Under the pieces are notes generated by a model. The model was not told the DNA's origin, did not search any database, and saw nothing but the letters and a program-made list of their open reading frames with translations. Below, piece by piece: positions 52,901-64,000 of a stretch of DNA of 64,000 bases. The DNA comes from Eledone cirrhosa (taxonomy: Eukaryota): the NCBI GenBank assembly GCA_964016885.1, contig OZ024743.1:247504001-247568000 (forward strand), in the 5' to 3' direction. Numbering within the stretch: the stretch's first letter is position 1; every line of letters starts with the position of its first letter. The translations under genes were made by a program, and so were the position numbers.

Positions 52901-55900
52901 CGATCCGACCACGGGCGGCCGGCCCGCGATTAAAAAGGTAACTCCGCCGGCAAATCGTCATTTTTGGATTCGTTTTCTTCGAAGCACACCATTCGCCGGC
53001 GGACTTTGTTGACGTTTAACACGGTTTGGTTCCACAGCCACAACTATTGATTTTACGGAGATATCTTGCTGAAATTCACGCCACACATAGCCAATGAGTG
53101 TCTGCACATGTACCAGTAATTACAGATCGATCCGACCACGGGCGGCCGGCCCGCGATTGAAAAGGTAACTCCGCCGGCAAATCGTCATTTTTGGATTCGT
53201 TTTCTTCGAAGCACACCATTCGCCGGCGGACTTTGCTGACGTTTAACACGGTTTGGTTCCACAGCCACAACTATTGATTTTACGGAGATATCTTGCTGAA
53301 ATTCACGCCACACATAGCCAATGAGTGTCTGCACATGTACCAGTAATTACAGATCGATCCGACCACGGGCGGCCGGCCCGCGATTGAAAAGGTAACTCCG
53401 CCGGCAAATCGCCATTTTTGGATTCGTTTTCTTCGAAGCACACCATTCGCCGGCGGACTTTGCTGACGTTTAACACGGTTTGGTTCCACAGCCACAACTA
53501 TTGATTTTACGGAGATATCTTGCTGAAATTGACGCCACACATAGCCAATGAGTGTCTGCACATGTACCAGTAATTACAGATCGATCCGACCAGGGGCGGC
53601 CGGCCCGCGATTGAAAAGGTAACTCCGCCGGCAAATCGTCATTTTTGGATTCGTTTTCTTCGAAGCACACCATTCGCCGGCGGACTTTGCTGACGTTTAA
53701 CACGGTTTGGTTCCACAGCCACAACTATTGATTTTACGGAGATATCTTGCTGAAATTCACGCCACACATAGCCAATGAGTGTCTGCACATGTACCAGTAA
53801 TTACAGATCGATCCGACCACGGGCGGCCGGCCCGCGATTGAAAAGGTAACTCCGCCGGCAAATCGTCATTTTTGGATTCGTTTTCTTCGAAGCACACCAT
53901 TCGCCGGCGGACTTTGTTGACGTTTAACACGGTTTGGTTCCACAGCCACAACTATTGATTTTACGGAGATATCTTGCTGAAATTCACGCCACACATAGCC
54001 AATGAGTGTCTGCACATGTACCAGTAATTACAGATCGATCCGACCACGGGCGGCCGGCCCGCGATTGAAAAGGTAACTCCGCCGGCAAATCGTCATTTTT
54101 GGATTCGTTTTCTTCGAAGCACACCATTCGCCGGCGGACTTTGCTGACGTTTAACACGGTTTGGTTCCACAGCCACAACTATTGATTTTACGGAGATATC
54201 TTGCTGAAATTCACGCCACACATAGCCAATGAGTGTCTGCACATGTACCAGTAATTACAGATCGATCCGACCACGGGCGGCCGGCCCGCGATTGAAAAGG
54301 TAACTCCGCCGGCAAATCGTCATTTTTGGATTCGTTTTCTTCGAAGCACACCATTCGCCGGCGGACTTTGTTGACGTTTAACACGGTTTGGTTCCACAGC
54401 CACAACTATTGATTTTACGGAGATATCTTGCTGAAATTCACGCCACACATAGCCAATGAGTGTCTGCACATGTACCAGTAATTACAGATCGATCCGACCA
54501 CGGGCGGCCGGCCCGCGATTGAAAAGGTAACTCCGCCGGCAAATCGTCATTTTTGGATTCGTTTTCTTCGAAGCACACCATTCGCCGGCGGACTTTGCTG
54601 ACGTTTAACACGGTTTGGTTCCACAGCCACAACTATTGATTTTACGGAGATATCTTGCTGAAATTCACGCCACACATAGCCAATGAGTGTCTGCACATGT
54701 ACCAGTAATTACAGATCGATCCGACCACGGGCGGCCGGCCCGCGATTGAAAAGGTAACTCCGCCGGCAAATCGTCATTTTTGGATTCGTTTTCTTCGAAG
54801 CACACCATTCGCCGGCGGACTTTGTTGACGTTTAACACGGTTTGGTTCCACAGCCACAACTATTGATTTTACGGAGATATCTTGCTGAAATTCACGCCAC
54901 ACATAGCCAATGAGTGTCTGCACATGTACCAGTAATTACAGATCGATCCGACCAGGGGCGGCCGGCCCGCGATTGAAAAGGTAACTCCGCCGGCAAATCG
55001 TCATTTTTGGATTCGTTTTCTTCGAAGCACACCATTCGCCGGCGGACTTTGTTGACGTTTAACACGGTTTGGTTCCACAGCCACAACTATTGATTTTACG
55101 GAGATATCTTGCTGAAATTCACGCCACACATAGCCAATGAGTGTCTGCACATGTACCAGTAATTACAGATCGATCCGACCACGGGCGGCCGGCCCGCGAT
55201 TGAAAAGGTAACTCCGCCGGCAAATCGTCATTTTTGGATTCGTTTTCTTCGAAGCACACCATTCGCCGGCGGACTTTGCTGACGTTTAACACGGTTTGGT
55301 TCCACAGCCACAACTATTGATTTTACGGAGATATCTTGCTGAAATTCACGCCACACATAGCCAATGAGTGTCTGCACATGTACCAGTAATTACAGATCGA
55401 TCCGACCACGGGCGGCCGGCCCGCGATTGAAAAGGTAACTCCGCCGGCAAATCGTCATTTTTGGATTCGTTTTCTTCGAAGCACACCATTCGCCGGCGGA
55501 CTTTGCTGACGTTTAACACGGTTTGGTTCCACAGCCACAACTATTGATTTTACGGAGATATCTTGCTGAAATTGACGCCACACATAGCCAATGAGTGTCT
55601 GCACATGTACCAGTAATTACAGATCGATCCGACCACGGGTGGCCGGCCCGCGATTGAAAAGGTAACTCCGCCGGCAAATCGCCATTTTTGGATTCGTTTT
55701 CTTTGAAGCACACCATTCGCCGGCGGACTTTGTTGACGTTTAACACGGTTTGGTTCCACAGCCACAACTATTGATTTTACGGAGATATCTTGCTGAAATT
55801 CACGCCACACATAGCCAATGAGTGTCTGCACATGTACCAGTAATTACAGATCGATCCGACCACGGGCGGCCGGCCCGCGATTGAAAAGGTAACTCCGCCG

Positions 55901-58900
55901 GCAAATCGCCATTTTTGGATTCGTTTTCTTCGAAGCACACCATTCGCCGGCGGACTTTGCTGACGTTTAACACGGTTTGGTTCCACAGCCACAACTATTG
56001 ATTTTACGGAGATATCTTGCTGAAATTGACGCCACACATAGCCAATGAGTGTCTGCACATGTACCAGTAATTACAGATCGATCCGACCAGGGGCGGCCGG
56101 CCCGCGATTGAAAAGGTAACTCCGCCGGCAAATCGTCATTTTTGGATTCGTTTTCTTCGAAGCACACCATTCGCCGGCGGACTTTGCTGACGTTTAACAC
56201 GGTTTGGTTCCACAGCCACAACTATTGATTTTACGGAGATATCTTGCTGAAATTCACGCCACACATAGCCAATGAGTGTCTGCACATGTACCAGTAATTA
56301 CAGATCGATCCGACCACGGGCGGCCGGCCCGCGATTAAAAAGGTAACTCCGCCGGCAAATCGTCATTTTTGGATTCGTTTTCTTCGAAGCACACCATTCG
56401 CCGGCGGACTTTGTTGACGTTTAACACGGTTTGGTTCCACAGCCACAACTATTGATTTTACGGAGATATCTTGCTGAAATTCACGCCACACATAGCCAAT
56501 GAGTGTCTGCACATGTACCAGTAATTACAGATCGATCCGACCACGGGCGGCCGGCCCGCGATTGAAAAGGTAACTCCGCCGGCAAATCGTCATTTTTGGA
56601 TTCGTTTTCTTCGAAGCACACCATTCGCCGGCGGACTTTGCTGACGTTTAACACGGTTTGGTTCCACAGCCACAACTATTGATTTTACGGAGATATCTTG
56701 CTGAAATTCACGCCACACATAGCCAATGAGTGTCTGCACATGTACCAGTAATTACAGATCGATCCGACCACGGGCGGCCGGCCCGCGATTGAAAAGGTAA
56801 CTCCGCCGGCAAATCGCCATTTTTGGATTCGTTTTCTTCGAAGCACACCATTCGCCGGCGGACTTTGCTGACGTTTAACACGGTTTGGTTCCACAGCCAC
56901 AACTATTGATTTTACGGAGATATCTTGCTGAAATTGACGCCACACATAGCCAATGAGTGTCTGCACATGTACCAGTAATTACAGATCGATCCGACCAGGG
57001 GCGGCCGGCCCGCGATTGAAAAGGTAACTCCGCCGGCAAATCGTCATTTTTGGATTCGTTTTCTTCGAAGCACACCATTCGCCGGCGGACTTTGCTGACG
57101 TTTAACACGGTTTGGTTCCACAGCCACAACTATTGATTTTACGGAGATATCTTGCTGAAATTCACGCCACACATAGCCAATGAGTGTCTGCACATGTACC
57201 AGTAATTACAGATCGATCCGACCACGGGCGGCCGGCCCGCGATTGAAAAGGTAACTCCGCCGGCAAATCGTCATTTTTGGATTCGTTTTCTTCGAAGCAC
57301 ACCATTCGCCGGCGGACTTTGTTGACGTTTAACACGGTTTGGTTCCACAGCCACAACTATTGATTTTACGGAGATATCTTGCTGAAATTCACGCCACACA
57401 TAGCCAATGAGTGTCTGCACATGTACCAGTAATTACAGATCGATCCGACCACGGGCGGCCGGCCCGCGATTGAAAAGGTAACTCCGCCGGCAAATCGTCA
57501 TTTTTGGATTCGTTTTCTTCGAAGCACACCATTCGCCGGCGGACTTTGCTGACGTTTAACACGGTTTGGTTCCACAGCCACAACTATTGATTTTACGGAG
57601 ATATCTTGCTGAAATTCACGCCACACATAGCCAATGAGTGTCTGCACATGTACCAGTAATTACAGATCGATCCGACCACGGGCGGCCGGCCCGCGATTGA
57701 AAAGGTAACTCCGCCGGCAAATCGTCATTTTTGGATTCGTTTTCTTCGAAGCACACCATTCGCCGGCGGACTTTGTTGACGTTTAACACGGTTTGGTTCC
57801 ACAGCCACAACTATTGATTTTACGGAGATATCTTGCTGAAATTCACGCCACACATAGCCAATGAGTGTCTGCACATGTACCAGTAATTACAGATCGATCC
57901 GACCACGGGCGGCCGGCCCGCGATTGAAAAGGTAACTCCGCCGGCAAATCGTCATTTTTGGATTCGTTTTCTTCGAAGCACACCATTCGCCGGCGGACTT
58001 TGCTGACGTTTAACACGGTTTGGTTCCACAGCCACAACTATTGATTTTACGGAGATATCTTGCTGAAATTCACGCCACACATAGCCAATGAGTGTCTGCA
58101 CATGTACCAGTAATTACAGATCGATCCGACCACGGGCGGCCGGCCCGCGATTGAAAAGGTAACTCCGCCGGCAAATCGTCATTTTTGGATTCGTTTTCTT
58201 CGAAGCACACCATTCGCCGGCGGACTTTGTTGACGTTTAACACGGTTTGGTTCCACAGCCACAACTATTGATTTTACGGAGATATCTTGCTGAAATTCAC
58301 GCCACACATAGCCAATGAGTGTCTGCACATGTACCAGTAATTACAGATCGATCCGACCAGGGGCGGCCGGCCCGCGATTGAAAAGGTAACTCCGCCGGCA
58401 AATCGTCATTTTTGGATTCGTTTTCTTCGAAGCACACCATTCGCCGGCGGACTTTGCTGACGTTTAACACGGTTTGGTTCCACAGCCACAACTATTGATT
58501 TTACGGAGATATCTTGCTGAAATTCACGCCACACATAGCCAATGAGTGTCTGCACATGTACCAGTAATTACAGATCGATCCGACCACGGGCGGCCGGCCC
58601 GCGATTGAAAAGGTAACTCCGCCGGCAAATCGTCATTTTTGGATTCGTTTTCTTCGAAGCACACCATTCGCCGGCGGACTTTGTTGACGTTTAACACGGT
58701 TTGGTTCCACAGCCACAACTATTGATTTTACGGAGATATCTTGCTGAAATTCACGCCACACATAGCCAATGAGTGTCTGCACATGTACCAGTAATTACAG
58801 ATCGATCCGACCACGGGCGGCCGGCCCGCGATTGAAAAGGTAACTCCGCCGGCAAATCGTCATTTTTGGATTCGTTTTCTTCGAAGCACACCATTCGCCG

Positions 58901-61900
58901 GCGGACTTTGCTGACGTTTAACACGGTTTGGTTCCACAGCCACAACTATTGATTTTACGGAGATATCTTGCTGAAATTCACGCCACACATAGCCAATGAG
59001 TGTCTGCACATGTACCAGTAATTACAGATCGATCCGACCACGGGCGGCCGGCCCGCGATTGAAAAGGTAACTCCGCCGGCAAATCGTCATTTTTGGATTC
59101 GTTTTCTTCGAAGCACACCATTCGCCGGCGGACTTTGTTGACGTTTAACACGGTTTGGTTCCACAGCCACAACTATTGATTTTACGGAGATATCTTGCTG
59201 AAATTCACGCCACACATAGCCAATGAGTGTCTGCACATGTACCAGTAATTACAGATCGATCCGACCACGGGCGGCCGGCCCGCGATTGAAAAGGTAACTC
59301 CGCCGGCAAATCGTCATTTTTGGATTCGTTTTCTTCGAAGCACACCATTCGCCGGCGGACTTTGTTGACGTTTAACACGGTTTGGTTCCACAGCCACAAC
59401 TATTGATTTTACGGAGATATCTTGCTGAAATTCACGCCACACATAGCCAATGAGTGTCTGCACATGTACCAGTAATTACAGATCGATCCGACCACGGGCG
59501 GCCGGCCCGCGATTGAAAAGGTAACTCCGCCGGCAAATCGTCATTTTTGGATTCGTTTTCTTCGAAGCACACCATTCGCCGGCGGACTTTGCTGACGTTT
59601 AACACGGTTTGGTTCCACAGCCACAACTATTGATTTTACGGAGATATCTTGCTGAAATTCACGCCACACATAGCCAATGAGTGTCTGCACATGTACCAGT
59701 AATTACAGATCGATCCGACCACGGGCGGCCGGCCCGCGATTGAAAAGGTAACTCCGCCGGCAAATCGTCATTTTTGGATTCGTTTTCTTCGAAGCACACC
59801 ATTCGCCGGCGGACTTTGTTGACGTTTAACACGGTTTGGTTCCACAGCCACAACTATTGATTTTACGGAGATATCTTGCTGAAATTCACGCCACACATAG
59901 CCAATGAGTGTCTGCACATGTACCAGTAATTACAGATCGATCCGACCACGGGCGGCCGGCCCGCGATTGAAAAGGTAACTCCGCCGGCAAATCGTCATTT
60001 TTGGATTCGTTTTCTTCGAAGCACACCATTCGCCGGCGGACTTTGTTGACGTTTAACACGGTTTGGTTCCACAGCCACAACTATTGATTTTACGGAGATA
60101 TCTTGCTGAAATTCACGCCACACATAGCCAATGAGTGTCTGCACATGTACCAGTAATTACAGATCGATCCGACCACGGGCGGCCGGCCCGCGATTGAAAA
60201 GGTAACTCCGCCGGCAAATCGTCATTTTTGGATTCGTTTTCTTCGAAGCACACCATTCGCCGGCGGACTTTGCTGACGTTTAACACGGTTTGGTTCCACA
60301 GCCACAACTATTGATTTTACGGAGATATCTTGCTGAAATTCACGCCACACATAGCCAATGAGTGTCTGCACATGTACCAGTAATTACAGATCGATCCGAC
60401 CACGGGCGGCCGGCCCGCGATTGAAAAGGTAACTCCGCCGGCAAATCGTCATTTTTGGATTCGTTTTCTTCGAAGCACACCATTCGCCGGCGGACTTTGT
60501 TGACGTTTAACACGGTTTGGTTCCACAGCCACAACTATTGATTTTACGGAGATATCTTGCTGAAATTCACGCCACACATAGCCAATGAGTGTCTGCACAT
60601 GTACCAGTAATTACAGATCGATCCGACCAGGGGCGGCCGGCCCGCGATTGAAAAGGTAACTCCGCCGGCAAATCGTCATTTTTGGATTCGTTTTCTTCGA
60701 AGCACACCATTCGCCGGCGGACTTTGCTGACGTTTAACACGGTTTGGTTCCACAGCCACAACTATTGATTTTACGGAGATATCTTGCTGAAATTCACGCC
60801 ACACATAGCCAATGAGTGTCTGCACATGTACCAGTAATTACAGATCGATCCGACCACGGGCGGCCGGCCCGCGATTGAAAAGGTAACTCCGCCGGCAAAT
60901 CGTCATTTTTGGATTCGTTTTCTTCGAAGCACACCATTCGCCGGCGGACTTTGTTGACGTTTAACACGGTTTGGTTCCACAGCCACAACTATTGATTTTA
61001 CGGAGATATCTTGCTGAAATTCACGCCACACATAGCCAATGAGTGTCTGCACATGTACCAGTAATTACAGATCGATCCGACCACGGGCGGCCGGCCCGCG
61101 ATTGAAAAGGTAACTCCGCCGGCAAATCGTCATTTTTGGATTCGTTTTCTTCGAAGCACACCATTCGCCGGCGGACTTTGCTGACGTTTAACACGGTTTG
61201 GTTCCACAGCCACAACTATTGATTTTACGGAGATATCTTGCTGAAATTCACGCCACACATAGCCAATGAGTGTCTGCACATGTACCAGTAATTACAGATC
61301 GATCCGACCACGGGCGGCCGGCCCGCGATTGAAAAGGTAACTCCGCCGGCAAATCGTCATTTTTGGATTCGTTTTCTTCGAAGCACACCATTCGCCGGCG
61401 GACTTTGTTGACGTTTAACACGGTTTGGTTCCACAGCCACAACTATTGATTTTACGGAGATATCTTGCTGAAATTCACGCCACACATAGCCAATGAGTGT
61501 CTGCACATGTACCAGTAATTACAGATCGATCCGACCACGGGCGGCCGGCCCGCGATTGAAAAGGTAACTCCGCCGGCAAATCGTCATTTTTGGATTCGTT
61601 TTCTTCGAAGCACACCATTCGCCGGCGGACTTTGTTGACGTTTAACACGGTTTGGTTCCACAGCCACAACTATTGATTTTACGGAGATATCTTGCTGAAA
61701 TTCACGCCACACATAGCCAATGAGTGTCTGCACATGTACCAGTAATTACAGATCGATCCGACCACGGGCGGCCGGCCCGCGATTGAAAAGGTAACTCCGC
61801 CGGCAAATCGTCATTTTTGGATTCGTTTTCTTCGAAGCACACCATTCGCCGGCGGACTTTGCTGACGTTTAACACGGTTTGGTTCCACAGCCACAACTAT

Positions 61901-62609
61901 TGATTTTACGGAGATATCTTGCTGAAATTCACGCCACACATAGCCAATGAGTGTCTGCACATGTACCAGTAATTACAGATCGATCCGACCACGGGCGGCC
62001 GGCCCGCGATTGAAAAGGTAACTCCGCCGGCAAATCGTCATTTTTGGATTCGTTTTCTTCGAAGCACACCATTCGCCGGCGGACTTTGTTGACGTTTAAC
62101 ACGGTTTGGTTCCACAGCCACAACTATTGATTTTACGGAGATATCTTGCTGAAATTCACGCCACACATAGCCAATGAGTGTCTGCACATGTACCAGTAAT
62201 TACAGATCGATCCGACCACGGGCGGCCGGCCCGCGATTGAAAAGGTAACTCCGCCGGCAAATCGTCATTTTTGGATTCGTTTTCTTCGAAGCACACCATT
62301 CGCCGGCGGACTTTGCTGACGTTTAACACGGTTTGGTTCCACAGCCACAACTATTGATTTTACGGAGATATCTTGCTGAAATTCACGCCACACATAGCCA
62401 ATGAGTGTCTGCACATGTACCAGTAATTACAGATCGATCCGACCACGGGCGGCCGGCCCGCGATTGAAAAGGTAACTCCGCCGGCAAATCGTCATTTTTG
62501 GATTCGTTTTCTTCGAAGCACACCATTCGCCGGCGGACTTTGTTGACGTTTAACACGGTTTGGTTCCACAGCCACAACTATTGATTTTACGGAGATATCT
62601 TGCTGAAAT
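43996..62609. repeat. 26-monomer block 43996-49897 repeated at 56708-62609 (offset 12,712 = 56 x 227)
   Basis: The gttga/gctga allele order and the ccaggg, cgcca and ttgacg markers match for 26 consecutive monomers. Confidence 0.85.
51714..58523. repeat. 15-monomer (3405 bp) tandem duplication
   Basis: Markers recur at +3405: 52108/55513, 52562/55967, 53470/56875, and the gattaaaa variant monomers at 52849/56254. Confidence 0.93.
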
Positions 62610-64000
62610 TCACGCCACACATAGCCAATGAGTGTCTGCACATGTACCAGTAATTACAGATCGATCCGACCAGGGGCGGCCGGCCCGCGATTGAAAAGGT
62701 AACTCCGCCGGCAAATCGTCATTTTTGGATTCGTTTTCTTCGAAGCACACCATTCGCCGGCGGACTTTGCTGACGTTTAACACGGTTTGGTTCCACAGCC
62801 ACAACTATTGATTTTACGGAGATATCTTGCTGAAATTCACGCCACACATAGCCAATGAGTGTCTGCACATGTACCAGTAATTACAGATCGATCCGACCAC
62901 GGGCGGCCGGCCCGCGATTGAAAAGGTAACTCCGCCGGCAAATCGTCATTTTTGGATTCGTTTTCTTCGAAGCACACCATTCGCCGGCGGACTTTGCTGA
63001 CGTTTAACACGGTTTGGTTCCACAGCCACAACTATTGATTTTACGGAGATATCTTGCTGAAATTCACGCCACACATAGCCAATGAGTGTCTGCACATGTA
63101 CCAGTAATTACAGATCGATCCGACCACGGGCGGCCGGCCCGCGATTGAAAAGGTAACTCCGCCGGCAAATCGTCATTTTTGGATTCGTTTTCTTCGAAGC
63201 ACACCATTCGCCGGCGGACTTTGTTGACGTTTAACACGGTTTGGTTCCACAGCCACAACTATTGATTTTACGGAGATATCTTGCTGAAATTCACGCCACA
63301 CATAGCCAATGAGTGTCTGCACATGTACCAGTAATTACAGATCGATCCGACCACGGGCGGCCGGCCCGCGATTGAAAAGGTAACTCCGCCGGCAAATCGT
63401 CATTTTTGGATTCGTTTTCTTCGAAGCACACCATTCGCCGGCGGACTTTGCTGACGTTTAACACGGTTTGGTTCCACAGCCACAACTATTGATTTTACGG
63501 AGATATCTTGCTGAAATTCACGCCACACATAGCCAATGAGTGTCTGCACATGTACCAGTAATTACAGATCGATCCGACCACGGGCGGCCGGCCCGCGATT
63601 GAAAAGGTAACTCCGCCGGCAAATCGTCATTTTTGGATTCGTTTTCTTCGAAGCACACCATTCGCCGGCGGACTTTGTTGACGTTTAACACGGTTTGGTT
63701 CCACAGCCACAACTATTGATTTTACGGAGATATCTTGCTGAAATTGACGCCACACATAGCCAATGAGTGTCTGCACATGTACCAGTAATTACAGATCGAT
63801 CCGACCACGGGCGGCCGGCCCGCGATTGAAAAGGTAACTCCGCCGGCAAATCGTCATTTTTGGATTCGTTTTCTTCGAAGCACACCATTCGCCGGCGGAC
63901 TTTGCTGACGTTTAACACGGTTTGGTTCCACAGCCACAACTATTGATTTTACGGAGATATCTTGCTGAAATTGACGCCACACATAGCCAATGAGTGTCTG

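Larger units (their letters stand above)
1..64000. repeat. Tandem satellite DNA array filling the window and running off both ends
   Basis: The motif gtacca(g/c)taattacagatcgatcc and its close variants recur every 168-227 bp from the first line to the last, always on the same strand. I found no intervening unique sequence or inversion. Confidence 0.99.
26968..64000. repeat. Homogeneous array of about 163 copies of the 227-bp A monomer
   Basis: Exact 227-bp period in the ORF track, except for indels in the monomers starting at 33778 (+3), 46947 (+2), 47176 (-1) and 47856 (-1). Monomers differ from consensus by about 0-4 substitutions. Consensus is about 49% GC (111/227 by hand count). Confidence 0.99.

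Noticed and set aside
388-63939. Hundreds of 63-93 aa ORFs (MWLWNQ..., MIRFLR..., MQTLIG...)
   Set aside because: They are translations of the satellite, mostly from non-ATG starts, with no recognisable domain. Variants create stops, read-throughs and frameshifts freely, and most substitutions are nonsynonymous.
1-64000. CRISPR array or other repeat-spacer system
   Set aside because: There are no unique spacers: the variable modules come in only two versions each. No cas or other genes are present.
26968-64000. Pure assembly artefact or rolling-circle concatemer
   Set aside because: Structured, regionally restricted SNP haplotypes and recombinant monomers argue for a real evolved array. Exact copy number still needs read validation.

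Overview
The whole 64-kb window is one uninterrupted head-to-tail satellite DNA array, all in one orientation, with no unique sequence. It is most consistent with eukaryotic (peri)centromeric or heterochromatic DNA; I cannot name the organism or satellite family from the sequence. I find no credible protein-coding gene: every ORF in the track is a translation of the repeat. There are two domains. (1) 1-26967 is a complex higher-order-repeat (HOR) domain built from related modular monomers: A (227 bp), B (196/197 bp), diverged B' (196 bp) and C (168 bp). These are arranged in 757/816/984/985/1181-bp units, which nest into 2165-, 2785- and 3996-bp super-repeats. (2) 26968-64000 is a nearly homogeneous array of about 163 copies of the 227-bp A monomer. 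Its SNP patterns show incipient HORs and block duplications (7/14-mer, 15-mer, and a 26-monomer block repeated at a 56-monomer offset). The window captures the switch from a multi-monomer HOR satellite to a single-monomer satellite, and several crossover points can be mapped to about 40-130 bp. The monomers also show unusual internal structure: six 8-bp palindromes, a 13-bp inverted repeat, a hairpin plus T-tract tail, a foreign 29-bp core and a 168/197/227 length ladder. All counts and offsets were done by hand from the sequence and the ORF track.
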